Source: Vulcanimicrobiota bacterium (GTDB taxonomy: Bacteria > Vulcanimicrobiota > Vulcanimicrobiia > Vulcanimicrobiales > Vulcanimicrobiaceae). From it: 64,000 nt of DNA. Numbering within the stretch: position 1 is the stretch's first letter; each line of letters opens with the position of its first letter. The notes below the pieces were generated by a model. It was not told where the DNA came from, did not search any database, and was given only the letters and a program-made list of their open reading frames with translations. Positions 18,994 to 28,212 of the stretch are shown in pieces. The stretch spans positions 1,152,001 to 1,216,000 of the forward strand of contig CAVTCS010000003.1 of NCBI GenBank assembly GCA_963733295.1, given 5' to 3'. A program made the position numbers and the translations under genes.

Positions 18994-20577
18994 TTACGAA
19001 GCGACGAGTTCGGGTTCGCGTTCTTTGTGGGAGTAGAACGAGGCGTTGGTGCGGCCGGCGGCGGTTTCGCGGGCGAAGGTAATGAGGTGGTGGCTGACCA
19101 TGCCGATGTGGATCAGCGTTTCGAAGTCGCCCCGACGCAGTGCCTTACGCACCATTTTCCAGAACGTGGCGCGGTAGTCGCTGAGCACGCCGACGCGCAC
19201 GAAGAGCCGGCCCAGGATGCTCAAAGCGAATGCGATGTTCCGTGCGTTGACCCGCTGGCGGCTGTTCGGCGGCTTGATGCGGTTCGGGAATACATGGTCG
19301 ATGTGGTAGTCGAAGCGACGGTAGATCGCTTCGGGCAGGTAGGCCGCGGTGAAGGTCCGGCGCCACATCTCGACCACCTGATCGTAGGGCAGCTTGAAGT
19401 CGACGTTCGACTCCCGGCCGGGCTCGTCGATAAGCCGGCCTTCTGCTTGCAGCCGCCGATAGAGCGGCGTGCGCGGCAACGCCTGAAGCAGATTGATCGT
19501 CAGCAGCGGGATGTTCGAGAGCGCGACGAAGTCGAGGATCCGCTCGCCCGACTCCGGCGTGTCGCTGTCGAGTCCCATGATGATGCCCGAGACGACTTCC
19601 AAGCCGTAGCTGTGGATGATGTCGACCGCCTGCATGACCGGCATCATGTTGTTCTGATCTTTCGACATAGCGTGGAGCGCCGCCGGATCCGGCGTTTCGA
19701 TCCCGCAAAACACCGTGCAGAAATACGCTTCGCGCATCATCGCCAGCAGCTCGGGGCTTTTGGCGATGTTTAGCGTCGCTTCGCAGGCGAGCTGTACGGA
19801 GTAGCCGTTGCGCTTCTGCCATGCGATGAGATGCGGCAAGAGCTCCTTGGCCGCTTTGCGGTTGCCGACGAAGTTGTCGTCGACGAAATAGATCGCGCGC
19901 TCGCCGCCGTTCTGCAAGATCGCGTCGAGTTCGGCCACGACTTGCTCCGGCTTCTTGAGGCGCGGATTGCGACCGTAGAGTTCCGGGATGTCGCAGAACT
20001 CACAGCTGTACGGACATCCGCTCGAGAACTGGACGCTCCCGAGGAAGTACTGCGAGACGTCGATCAGATGATAGGCCGGAACCGGAAAATCGCCGAGCGG
20101 TAAGCGCTCCTTCGTCTCAAAGCGGACTTGCGAAGGCGGTCGCGCGACGCTGCCTTCGAGGCAGTCCACCAGCGCCTGCGTCGCATCCCCAAGCTCTCCC
20201 ACGTGCAGGTAGTCGAATTCCGGATAGTATTCCGGGCAGCCCGAAACCGAGGGGCCGCCGATCGCGGTAACCCGCCCCGCAGCGTGCGCGCGACGGTTTA
20301 TATCGTTGATCTGCTGCCGCTGGATGTGCATTCCGCTGACGAACACGACCTCGGCCCATTCCAAGTCGGCCGCGCGCGCCGGGCGGACGTTCTCGTCGAT
20401 GAAACGGACGTCCCACGCTTCGGGCAAGTAGGCGGCGATGACGAGGATGCCCTGCGGCGGCATGAAGGCCTTCGTGCCGACGAACGGGTACGCGTTCTCA
20501 AAGGTGCCGAACGATTTCGTGTAGCGCGGAAAGACGCACAGCACTCGTCTCGGCAGCGTCGCCTGTGCGCGCTTCAT
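18994..20577 (-). CDS. hpnP: Hopanoid C-2 methylase (B12-binding radical SAM)
   Basis: RRVLCVFPRYTKSFGTF, AFMPPQG, VSGMHIQRQQ, YLHVGELGDAT, CPYSCEFC, YFVDDNF and TINLLQALP match alphaproteobacterial/cyanobacterial HpnP as I recall it; located in the shc cluster. Confidence 0.9.
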   Translation of the reverse strand: MKRAQATLPRRVLCVFPRYTKSFGTFENAYPFVGTKAFMPPQGILVIAAYLPEAWDVRFIDENVRPARAADLEWAEVVFVSGMHIQRQQINDINRRAHAAGRVTAIGGPSVSGCPEYYPEFDYLHVGELGDATQALVDCLEGSVARPPSQVRFETKERLPLGDFPVPAYHLIDVSQYFLGSVQFSSGCPYSCEFCDIPELYGRNPRLKKPEQVVAELDAILQNGGERAIYFVDDNFVGNRKAAKELLPHLIAWQKRNGYSVQLACEATLNIAKSPELLAMMREAYFCTVFCGIETPDPAALHAMSKDQNNMMPVMQAVDIIHSYGLEVVSGIIMGLDSDTPESGERILDFVALSNIPLLTINLLQALPRTPLYRRLQAEGRLIDEPGRESNVDFKLPYDQVVEMWRRTFTAAYLPEAIYRRFDYHIDHVFPNRIKPPNSRQRVNARNIAFALSILGRLFVRVGVLSDYRATFWKMVRKALRRGDFETLIHIGMVSHHLITFARETAAGRTNASFYSHKEREPELVAS

Positions 20578-20712
20578 GACTTTCGAGGTGTGCCGCAAAC
20601 CACGCTCTCTCCTGCGCGGGCTGCCGGGAATCGAACGCGGGGGTTTGGGGTAAGCCTGCATCTAATGGAAAGAGCCAAGCCGCGGTGGAAGGGAACGGGC
20701 AAGAGCAAAGGG

Positions 20713-21786
20713 ATGGGAACGACAGGGGTGATCCGGCGCCATAAGCAGCCGGCAAAGGAACGTGCGGCGCTCGCCTTCGCAAAGGACATCATCGGGCGCG
20801 TTTCGCGCACGTTCGCCATCGGGATAACCGTGCTGCCCGGGGACCTCGGTAAGGCCGTCCTGACCGGCTACCTCCTCTGTCGCATCGCAGACACGATCGA
20901 GGACGACGGCTCGTGTCCGGCCCCGCGCCGGCAGGCGCTCCTGGCTCGTTTCCTGGCGTGCTTCGACGATCCGGCGGCCGCCGATCGGTTTGCCGCCGAA
21001 GCTTCGGACATCCAAGCGGACCCCTCCTACCTCGAGCTTGTGCGCGGAAGCGCGCTCGTCTTCGAACTCTGGCGCTCGCTCCCGCGGAAGAGCGGCGAAA
21101 TCGTTGCGCGCTGGACGCGCGAGTTGAGTCTCGGGATGAGCGAATTCGTCGGACTCTACCCCAAGGGCATTCGCATTCAAACGATGTCCGAATACCGGCG
21201 CTACTGCTACTACGTGGCCGGAACGGTCGGCCATCTCTTAACCGACCTCTTCTTCTATCACTCGCGCTCGGTCGGCGAGCGCGACTACGAGAAGTTGCTG
21301 GCGAACTGCGAAGCCTTCGGCGAGTTGCTGCAAAACGTCAATATCATCAAAGACATTCCGTGGGATGCCGAGCACGAGAACGCGGTCTACGTTCCGGAGG
21401 AGCTTCTGCGCAAACGCGGGAGCAGTCATCAACACATCCTCGACGGGGATTGGACCGCTCGCAATCACGAGGCGGTGGTCGAGATGGTCGCGCTCGCGAA
21501 GGAAGACCTCACCCGCTCGCTCGAGTACATCAAGGATATCCCGAAAACGGCGATACAGATCAGGCTCTTCTGCTTGCTGCCGGTCCTTTTCGCGGTGGCG
21601 ACCCTCCGCGAGATCGAGCGCTCGACCGCGATGCTTCAATCCGGCGGCGCCGTGAAGATTACGCGCGAAGAAGTCCGCTCGCTCATCCTAGCCGGTTCGG
21701 TTTCGACGGTCAGCAATAAGACGACGCGCTGGCTCGTCGCGAAAACGAGCCGCCAACGCTTTAATTTGGGGCTCGCCAAACCATAA
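20713..21786 (+). CDS. Squalene synthase (single-enzyme, squalene/phytoene synthase family)
   Basis: VSRTFA, YLLCRIADTIEDD, YCYYVAGTVG, FGELLQNVNIIKD. Start is ATG 20713 (alternative 20665). Confidence 0.85.
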   Translation: MGTTGVIRRHKQPAKERAALAFAKDIIGRVSRTFAIGITVLPGDLGKAVLTGYLLCRIADTIEDDGSCPAPRRQALLARFLACFDDPAAADRFAAEASDIQADPSYLELVRGSALVFELWRSLPRKSGEIVARWTRELSLGMSEFVGLYPKGIRIQTMSEYRRYCYYVAGTVGHLLTDLFFYHSRSVGERDYEKLLANCEAFGELLQNVNIIKDIPWDAEHENAVYVPEELLRKRGSSHQHILDGDWTARNHEAVVEMVALAKEDLTRSLEYIKDIPKTAIQIRLFCLLPVLFAVATLREIERSTAMLQSGGAVKITREEVRSLILAGSVSTVSNKTTRWLVAKTSRQRFNLGLAKP

Positions 21787-24302
21787 AGCGATTCCTCAGC
21801 ATCTCGGCGCTCGCGATCGACTACCCTTGGGCGACGATTGCGTTCTGGCTAGCCCTGTCCGTCGCCGGCGTGTTTTGTTTCCTCTCGCTCAAGCTCGCGC
21901 TCTTTCCGGACATCACGTTCCCCGTCGTCGTGGTGACCGCGCGCTCCGAGGCAATCGATCCCGCCACCAACGAGCGCACCGTTACGAATCCGCTCGAGAG
22001 CGTGCTCGGTGCGATCCCCGGCGTCTCGCGCATGCACTCGTTGACCTACCCGAAGTTTGCCGTCCTCGACTTGTCGTTCGACGTCGGCACGAGCCTGGAC
22101 GTCCGCGCGCAGCAGGTCCGGGACGCGCTTCGAACCGTGCAGCTCCCCGCGAATACGAGCCTCGAGGTGTCGCCTCAGAACTTCAACGAGACGGCCGTGG
22201 TTACGTATGCCGTCTATCAGGCGGGCAAAAGTCTGCCCCAGCTGGCGCGGATCGCCGAATACGACGTAGCGCCGTCACTCCGCGCGCTGCAGGGCGTCCT
22301 GAAGGTTTCGATCGTCGGGGGGACGCCCAGCGGCAGTAAGGCCTCCGCCTATCGCTACGACGGGCGCCCGGCGATCGGCATCAACGTCGTCAAGCAGGCC
22401 GGCGCGAACGCGCTCGACGTTGCTGAGTCTTGCGACGACGTGGTCGAATCGCTGCGTGCGAAACTGCACGACGTCACGCTCACGCGAGCCACCTCGCAAG
22501 CGACCTATATCCGCGACGCGAGCCGCGCGACCGAAGAGGCCCTGGCGCTGGCCATCGTGCTGGCGATTCTGGTGATTTGGCCGTTCCTCGGTGACGCGCG
22601 CGCCACCCTGATCTCGGCGTTCGCCATCCCGGTCTCGCTGCTCGGAACCGCCGTCGTGATGCGTCTCTTTCACTTCAACCTCGAGACGATCACCTTGCTC
22701 GCGCTCTCGCTCGTCGTCGGCGTGATCCTCGACGATGCCATCGTCGCCGTCGAAAACATCGTGCGCCACGTGGAAGCGGGCACCTCCCCGCGCGAAGCTG
22801 CGTTCGATGCGAATAAAGAGATCGGGCTGACGTTGGTCGCAGCCTCGCTCACGATCGTCGCGGTGTTCTTGCCGATCGGTTTGATGCGTGGAACGCTCGG
22901 GCAGTTCTTCCGTCCCTTTGGTCTCACGGCGTCGGCCGCGGTCCTGTTTTCGCTGCTCGCCGCGCGCACGCTCTCACCGAGTTTGGCCGCACTTTGGCTG
23001 CGCTCGCGCAAGGCACCGGCGGAGGAGGTCGATCCGAACCGCACCGGGCGCGCCTCCGGTTATCGTACCGTTCTGGATTGGGCTCTGACGCACCGCGCGA
23101 CCGTCGTCGCGCTCGCGTTCGGCACGGTATTCGCAGGGCTCGCGCTCATCCCGTTCATCCCGAAAGGCTTCATTCCGCATCTCGACCGCGGCGAGTTCCT
23201 CGTTACCTTTCAGACGCCGCTCGGAACCGAACTCTCCGACACGATCGCCATAGCCAAGCAGCTCGAGGATTCGGTGAAAGCGAATCCCAACGTCGGTTCG
23301 ATCTTCACGACGATCGGGGGCCGGCCCGGGCAGTCGAACGTCGGCGTTCTCGACGTGTACCTCAAGGCCAACCGGGACGCAAAAACGATCGACGTGGAGA
23401 ATGCGGCTCGCACCTCCCTGCCGGCGCTCGACGGCGTGCAAACCACGGTCGGTGACGTTCCGTTCGTCGGCAGCGACACTGCGAAGCCGGTTCAGTTCGC
23501 GCTGCTCGGCGCCGATCTGGACAACCTGCGCACCGTGTCCCTCCGGTTTCTGCACACCTTGCGCGACGTCACCGGCTTCGCCGACGTCAGCGCCACCGGT
23601 CTTTCCGACGGAACGCCCTTCAGTGCGGTCGAGCACGTCAACGGACGCCGTGCGGTCCAGATCACGGCCGATCTCTCGCACGATCTGGCGGTCGGCGACG
23701 CCAACGACGCCGTTGCAGCGCAGGCGCGCGCGACGCTGCCGCCGTCGGTCACGCTCGACTTCGGCGGTACCTCGGCGGACGCGGTGACGACTTTCCGCGA
23801 CTTCGGCATTGCGCTCACGCTCTCGGTCGTAGCGATCGTCGTCGTGCTTCTTCTTCTCTTCCGTTCGTGGGTGGATCCGCTGGTCATCAGCGTCGGCTTG
23901 CCGCTCTCGGTTTCGGGAGCGCTGTTCGCCCTCTGGATTACGCGCTCGCAGTTCGGACTGATCTCGATGATGGGATTGATCTTTCTGTTCGGACTCGTGA
24001 ACAAGAACGGGATCCTGCTCGTCGATCGCATCGAGCGGCTACGCCGGTCGGGTTTCGAGCGGGCCGAGGCGATCCAGGAGGCGGGCGCCCAGCGCTTGCG
24101 CCCGATCCTCATGACGTCGTCGGCGACGATTCTCGGCATGTTACCGATCGCACTCGGTTTCGGTGCGGGCGCCGAGTTACGCGCCCCGATGGCGACCGCG
24201 ATCATCGGCGGCTTGATCACCTCTACGCTTCTGACGTTGATCGTCGTACCGGTTGCATACACGCTCGTCGACGACGTGCGACAGCGCTTTCGGCGCGCGT
24301 GA
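21783..24302 (+). CDS. Short AcrB-family RND permease (about 839 aa); probable ATA start
   Basis: FPDITFPVVVV, DDAIVAVENI, NKNGILLVD and RLRPILMTS motifs. The frame continues upstream of GTG 21870 through a TM1-like segment (ISALAIDYPWATIAFWLALSVAG) to ATA 21783; in-frame stop at 21762. Confidence 0.85.
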   Translation: MKRFLSISALAIDYPWATIAFWLALSVAGVFCFLSLKLALFPDITFPVVVVTARSEAIDPATNERTVTNPLESVLGAIPGVSRMHSLTYPKFAVLDLSFDVGTSLDVRAQQVRDALRTVQLPANTSLEVSPQNFNETAVVTYAVYQAGKSLPQLARIAEYDVAPSLRALQGVLKVSIVGGTPSGSKASAYRYDGRPAIGINVVKQAGANALDVAESCDDVVESLRAKLHDVTLTRATSQATYIRDASRATEEALALAIVLAILVIWPFLGDARATLISAFAIPVSLLGTAVVMRLFHFNLETITLLALSLVVGVILDDAIVAVENIVRHVEAGTSPREAAFDANKEIGLTLVAASLTIVAVFLPIGLMRGTLGQFFRPFGLTASAAVLFSLLAARTLSPSLAALWLRSRKAPAEEVDPNRTGRASGYRTVLDWALTHRATVVALAFGTVFAGLALIPFIPKGFIPHLDRGEFLVTFQTPLGTELSDTIAIAKQLEDSVKANPNVGSIFTTIGGRPGQSNVGVLDVYLKANRDAKTIDVENAARTSLPALDGVQTTVGDVPFVGSDTAKPVQFALLGADLDNLRTVSLRFLHTLRDVTGFADVSATGLSDGTPFSAVEHVNGRRAVQITADLSHDLAVGDANDAVAAQARATLPPSVTLDFGGTSADAVTTFRDFGIALTLSVVAIVVVLLLLFRSWVDPLVISVGLPLSVSGALFALWITRSQFGLISMMGLIFLFGLVNKNGILLVDRIERLRRSGFERAEAIQEAGAQRLRPILMTSSATILGMLPIALGFGAGAELRAPMATAIIGGLITSTLLTLIVVPVAYTLVDDVRQRFRRA

Positions 24303-25297
24303 GCGCGCGGCGCGCTTTCCTCACCGGCGGGACCGGCTTCGTCGGCGCCAACCTCGCGCGTGCGTTGCTCGACGCGGGCTGGCAGGTGAAAGCACTGGTG
24401 CGCCCGGGCGGCGACCGGCGCAATCTCGAGGGTCTCGACGTCGAGCTCGTCGAGGGGGATCTCTTCACGCCGGGGCTCGCGAACTCGCTGCGCGGAAGCG
24501 ACGCGCTCTTTCACGTCGCGGCGCACTACAGTCTTTGGCAACGTGACCGCGCGAGCGTGCTGCGCGACAACGTCGAGGGAACGCGCGCGATCTTCCAAGC
24601 GGCGCGCGAGGCGAACGTCGCGCGCACGATCTACACGAGTTCCGTGGCGGCGATCGGCACCGATCGCGGCCGGATCTGCGACGAAACCCACCAGAGCGCG
24701 CCCGAAAGCTTGGTGGGTGCCTACAAGCTTTCGAAGTACCTCGCCGAGCAGGAAGCCAGGCTGGCGGTCGCCGGCGGGCAGGACGTCGTGATCGTCAACC
24801 CTACGACGCCGCTTGGAGCTTGGGACCGCAAACCGACCCCGACCGGCGAAATTCTCGTTCGCTTCTTGTCGGGGAAGATGCCCGTGCTGGTCGATACGGG
24901 CCTCAATTTCGTCGACGTCGCTGACGTCGTTCGGGGGCATCTCCTGGCCCTAGAGCGCGGCCGGAGCGGCGAGCGTTACATCCTCGGGAGCGAAAACCTC
25001 AGCCTCCGCCGCCTCCTGGAGCGCGTCGGGGCCTTTGCCGGCCGCCCCGTTCCGAAGCTGACCTTGCCGCGCTGGATTCCGCTCGGCTTCGCCTGGGTCG
25101 ATGAAAACATCTTGGCTCGCGTCGGGTTCGAGCCCTCAGTGCCCATCGACGGGGTACGTATGAGCAAGGATGCCATGTACTACGATTGGTCGAAGGCTAA
25201 GGCCCAGTTGGGTTACGCTCCCGGGCCGATCGATGGAGCGATTCGTGCGGCGATCGAGTGGTTCACCGCCAACGGCTACGTTTCTAAAGGGAGATAA
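24299..25297 (+). CDS. hpnA: Hopanoid-associated sugar epimerase
   Basis: TGGTGFVG, FHVAAHYSLW, YTSSVA, YKLSK, VNPTTPLG..DRKPTPTG, DTGLN. GTGA overlap with the RND stop. Confidence 0.88.
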   Translation: MSARRAFLTGGTGFVGANLARALLDAGWQVKALVRPGGDRRNLEGLDVELVEGDLFTPGLANSLRGSDALFHVAAHYSLWQRDRASVLRDNVEGTRAIFQAAREANVARTIYTSSVAAIGTDRGRICDETHQSAPESLVGAYKLSKYLAEQEARLAVAGGQDVVIVNPTTPLGAWDRKPTPTGEILVRFLSGKMPVLVDTGLNFVDVADVVRGHLLALERGRSGERYILGSENLSLRRLLERVGAFAGRPVPKLTLPRWIPLGFAWVDENILARVGFEPSVPIDGVRMSKDAMYYDWSKAKAQLGYAPGPIDGAIRAAIEWFTANGYVSKGR

Positions 25298-25309
25298 AAC
25301 GACCGCCCT

Positions 25310-26329
25310 ATGTCAGTGAGTCTGAAACAGGCTGCCGTGATCGGCGCTTACGTTGTCAAACAGAAGCTCATGGGCCGCAAGAAATACGCCCTGACGCTGA
25401 TGCTCGAACCGCTCTTCCGTTGCAACCTCGCCTGCTCCGGCTGCGGCAAGATCCAGCACCCGGTCGAAGTTCTCAGGCGCCACCTCACGCCCGCGGAATG
25501 CTTTGCGGCGGTCGACGAGTGCGGCGCGCCCGTTGTGGCGATTCCGGGTGGCGAACCGCTTCTTCATCCGCAGATCGACGAGATCGTGCGCGGTCTGATC
25601 CAGCGCAAAAAATTCGTGTACCTCTGCACGAACGCAGTTCGCTTGGAAGCGAACCTCGACAAGTTCGTGCCTTCGGAATACTTCTCGTTTTCCGTGCATC
25701 TCGACGGTATCAAGCCGGTGCACGATAAAGCCGTTGCGAAGGAAGGCGTCTTCGATATCGCGGTCAAGGCGATCAAAGCCGCCAAGGGGCGCGGTTTTCG
25801 CGTTACGACCAACACGACGATCTTCAACGATGCCAAGCCCGAGGAAGTTCAAGAGTTCTTCGATTTCGCGACCAACGAACTAAAGGTCGACGGAATGATG
25901 ATTTCGCCGGGCTATCCCTACGAGAAGGCGCCCGATCAGGAGCACTTTCTGCACCAAGCTCAGACCAAAGCGCTCTTCCGCGAGATCTTCGCGCCCTACA
26001 CCGCCAAGAAAAAGAAGTGGAACTTCAACGCCAGCCCGCTCTTCCTGGATTTCCTCATGGGCGAGAAAGAGTACGATTGCACCCCGTGGGGCATGCCGTC
26101 GTATAGTTTATTCGGATGGCAGCGGCCGTGCTATCTTCTCGGCGAAGGCTATGCGAAATCGTACCGCGAGCTGATCGAGTCGACGGATTGGTCCCAGTAC
26201 GGTCACAAAAGCGGAAACCCCAAGTGCACCGACTGCATGGTGCACTGCGGCTTCGAACCGACCGCGGCCGAAGATGCGATGCGTCCGCGCAACGTCGGGC
26301 GCTCCTTCGCCTCGATCCTGAGCCGTTAG
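25310..26329 (+). CDS. hpnH: Adenosylhopane synthase (radical SAM)
   Basis: LMLEPLFRCNLACSGCGKI, SPGYPYEKAPDQEHFL, CTPWG, GWQRPCYL, CTDCMVHCGFEPTA. Confidence 0.95.
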   Translation: MSVSLKQAAVIGAYVVKQKLMGRKKYALTLMLEPLFRCNLACSGCGKIQHPVEVLRRHLTPAECFAAVDECGAPVVAIPGGEPLLHPQIDEIVRGLIQRKKFVYLCTNAVRLEANLDKFVPSEYFSFSVHLDGIKPVHDKAVAKEGVFDIAVKAIKAAKGRGFRVTTNTTIFNDAKPEEVQEFFDFATNELKVDGMMISPGYPYEKAPDQEHFLHQAQTKALFREIFAPYTAKKKKWNFNASPLFLDFLMGEKEYDCTPWGMPSYSLFGWQRPCYLLGEGYAKSYRELIESTDWSQYGHKSGNPKCTDCMVHCGFEPTAAEDAMRPRNVGRSFASILSR

Positions 26330-27014
26330 CGGCTTCGATTCGGTTTTCGTTCCGCGAGGCGCCGAGGAACGCGCCGTCCGGAAGGCCGTCGCGCGCGGCG
26401 CGTTTCGGCCGCGCGTCGAGGTTTGCGGCATCGGCCCCAGCGCCGCCGAACGGGCTGCGGCGACCGCGCTAGCCGGAGCTCCGATGCGCCGCGCGCTGGT
26501 CGTCGGCTTGTGCGGCTTTCTGGTTCCCGAGTTCGGCGTCGGCGACGTCGCGATCTACGGATCGATTCGGGCCGAGCGCGGATCGCTCGAGATCGATCCC
26601 GAGTTGCTTCGAGAGCTCGCCGCGGCGTTGCCCTCCGCGCGGAGCGTGCGCGGCGTCGAAAGCGCCGCCATCGTTACGTCGCCGCGAGCGAAAGCCGACC
26701 TGGCACTGCGATTCGGGGCGCACGCGGTCGACATGGAAAGCTTCGCGCTCGTCGAGCGCTTGAAGTTCGGGGGCGTCAGCGCAGCGATCGTGCGGGTCGG
26801 CAGCGATGTAAGCGGAGACGAATTGCCCGATCTCTCCGGAGCGCTCGATGCGGCGGGGAATCTCCATCCGCTGAGCGCCGCGCGCGCGTTGTTACGCCGC
26901 CCGGCCGCCGGGCTGCGACTGGCTCGCAACGGTCTTCGCGCGCTCGCCGTTCTGGAACGGACCGTGGAGCAGCTCTGCAGCTACGCCTCGAAGGCGGGGG
27001 TCCCAGGGCCGTAA
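26325..27014 (+). CDS. hpnG: Hopanoid-associated nucleoside phosphorylase (HpnG-like); start uncertain
   Basis: GLCG..GD, AVDMES, VRVGSD..LPDL. The frame extends upstream of ATG 26484 with a family-like first strand VFVPRGAEERAV and a GIG motif; in-frame stop at 26319. Confidence 0.75.
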   Translation, partial: VSGFDSVFVPRGAEERAVRKAVARGAFRPRVEVCGIGPSAAERAAATALAGAPMRRALVVGLCGFLVPEFGVGDVAIYGSIRAERGSLEIDPELLRELAAALPSARSVRGVESAAIVTSPRAKADLALRFGAHAVDMESFALVERLKFGGVSAAIVRVGSDVSGDELPDLSGALDAAGNLHPLSAARALLRRPAAGLRLARNGLRALAVLERTVEQLCSYASKAGVPGP

Positions 27015-28171
27015 GTACGGCCTTTCCAACTGCTGCCACGCTTGCGCGCGTAGGCGAGAGCCGAGTCCACGGTCATCGCCGTGTAGAGCATTGCGGCGAG
27101 CGGCAGCGTCAGGACGTCCGTTGACGGTAGGCGGTAGGCCCGGACGGTCGGGAGGTAAGCAACGCTCATCAACAGCCAGCCGAGCGCTCCGGAAGCGGCC
27201 AGCAACGGGTCGCGACGCACGACGCCGGCCAGCGTCGCCAGCGGCGGCAGGGCGTAGAGAAACGTCATGCCTGCCACGGTCAACGCGACCATCGGATACG
27301 AGTGGTTGAGTTGCGGAAAAGCCGACCGCTTCACCATGCGCCAGAGTTCGTCGAGGTTTTCGTAGGCGCGAATGCTCGTCGTCCGGGCGCTGAGCCCGAG
27401 CCAAATTTTGCCGCCGCCACGTTTGACCTTTGCGGCCAGCGTGCAGTCGTCAATCAATGCGTCCTTGATCGCGGCGAGGCCGCCGATGCGCTCGAGCGCG
27501 GCGTCGCGCAACAGAACGCAGCCGCCCGCGGCCGCCGCAGTGTTGCGCGCGGGATCGTTCGACCACGAAAACGGGTAGATTTTGCGGAAAAAGAACACGA
27601 AGGCGGGAATCAGAAGGCGTTCCCAACCGCTCGCACAGTGCAAGCGCACCATGAGCGATGCGAGGTCGAGCCGTTCCGCTTCCGCTTTGGCCAGCAGCGC
27701 CGCAACGTTCCCCGAGTCGTGAAGGATATCTGCATCCGTGAACAGCCAAAAGTCGGGCGATCCGCGTCGAGCGCGCACCGTCTGCACGCCGCTTTCCAGC
27801 GCCGCGATTTTGCCCGCCCAGCCGGCCTCCAGGGGTCGTGCCGCGGCCACCGTGAGCTCGACGCCGTGCGCGCTTCCGGCGGCCTCACGCGCGACCTCGC
27901 CGGTGCCGTCGTCGCTTCCGTCGTCGACCAGCGTAACGTGGAAATCCGTCAGGTTCCGCTGGGCCAGGAGCGAGGCGACCGCCGGCCCGACGACGCCTGC
28001 TTCGTTGCGTGCCGGCACGACGGCTTCGACGCGGAGCGCCCGGTTCTCGGGTTGTTCGGCGCTAAAATGATCGTCGAGCGTCGCTCGCCAGAATCCTCCG
28101 CGCAGAAAAACGAGGCCGGCCCAGGCTGCCGCAGCCGGCAGCGAAGCGGCGAGCAACACCGAATACCTCAC
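26981..28171 (-). CDS. hpnB: Hopene-associated glycosyltransferase (GT2)
   Basis: VVPARNEA, VDDGSDDGT, GWAGK, FTDADI, LMVRLHC...LIPAFVFFF..YPF, AAAAGGC, LIDDC, C-terminal WKGR. Start is GTG 28171 (alternative 28180). Confidence 0.88.
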   Translation of the reverse strand: MRYSVLLAASLPAAAAWAGLVFLRGGFWRATLDDHFSAEQPENRALRVEAVVPARNEAGVVGPAVASLLAQRNLTDFHVTLVDDGSDDGTGEVAREAAGSAHGVELTVAAARPLEAGWAGKIAALESGVQTVRARRGSPDFWLFTDADILHDSGNVAALLAKAEAERLDLASLMVRLHCASGWERLLIPAFVFFFRKIYPFSWSNDPARNTAAAAGGCVLLRDAALERIGGLAAIKDALIDDCTLAAKVKRGGGKIWLGLSARTTSIRAYENLDELWRMVKRSAFPQLNHSYPMVALTVAGMTFLYALPPLATLAGVVRRDPLLAASGALGWLLMSVAYLPTVRAYRLPSTDVLTLPLAAMLYTAMTVDSALAYARKRGSSWKGRTYGPGTPAFEA

Positions 28172-28183
28172 GTCATGCACCGC

Positions 28184-28209
28184 TTCGTACTTCGCACTCC
28201 GAGGCCTTG
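28184..28209 (-). promoter_or_regulatory. Putative SigH-like promoter CAAGG-N17-CGAA for hpnB
   Basis: Minus strand reads CAAGG cctcggagtgcgaagta CGAA, 12 nt before GTG 28171. Confidence 0.5.
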
Positions 28210-28212
28210 CCG

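Noticed and set aside
18994..20577. HpnJ or HpnR rather than HpnP
   Set aside because: The N-terminal FPRYTKSFGTF / FMPPQG / SGMHIQRQQ signature matches HpnP as I recall it, not the other hopanoid radical-SAM enzymes.
26981..27014. Convergent 3' overlaps (hpnG/hpnB; also 46616-46642) as antisense regulation
   Set aside because: Short tail-to-tail overlaps are common in compact high-GC genomes, and nothing else supports a regulatory role.
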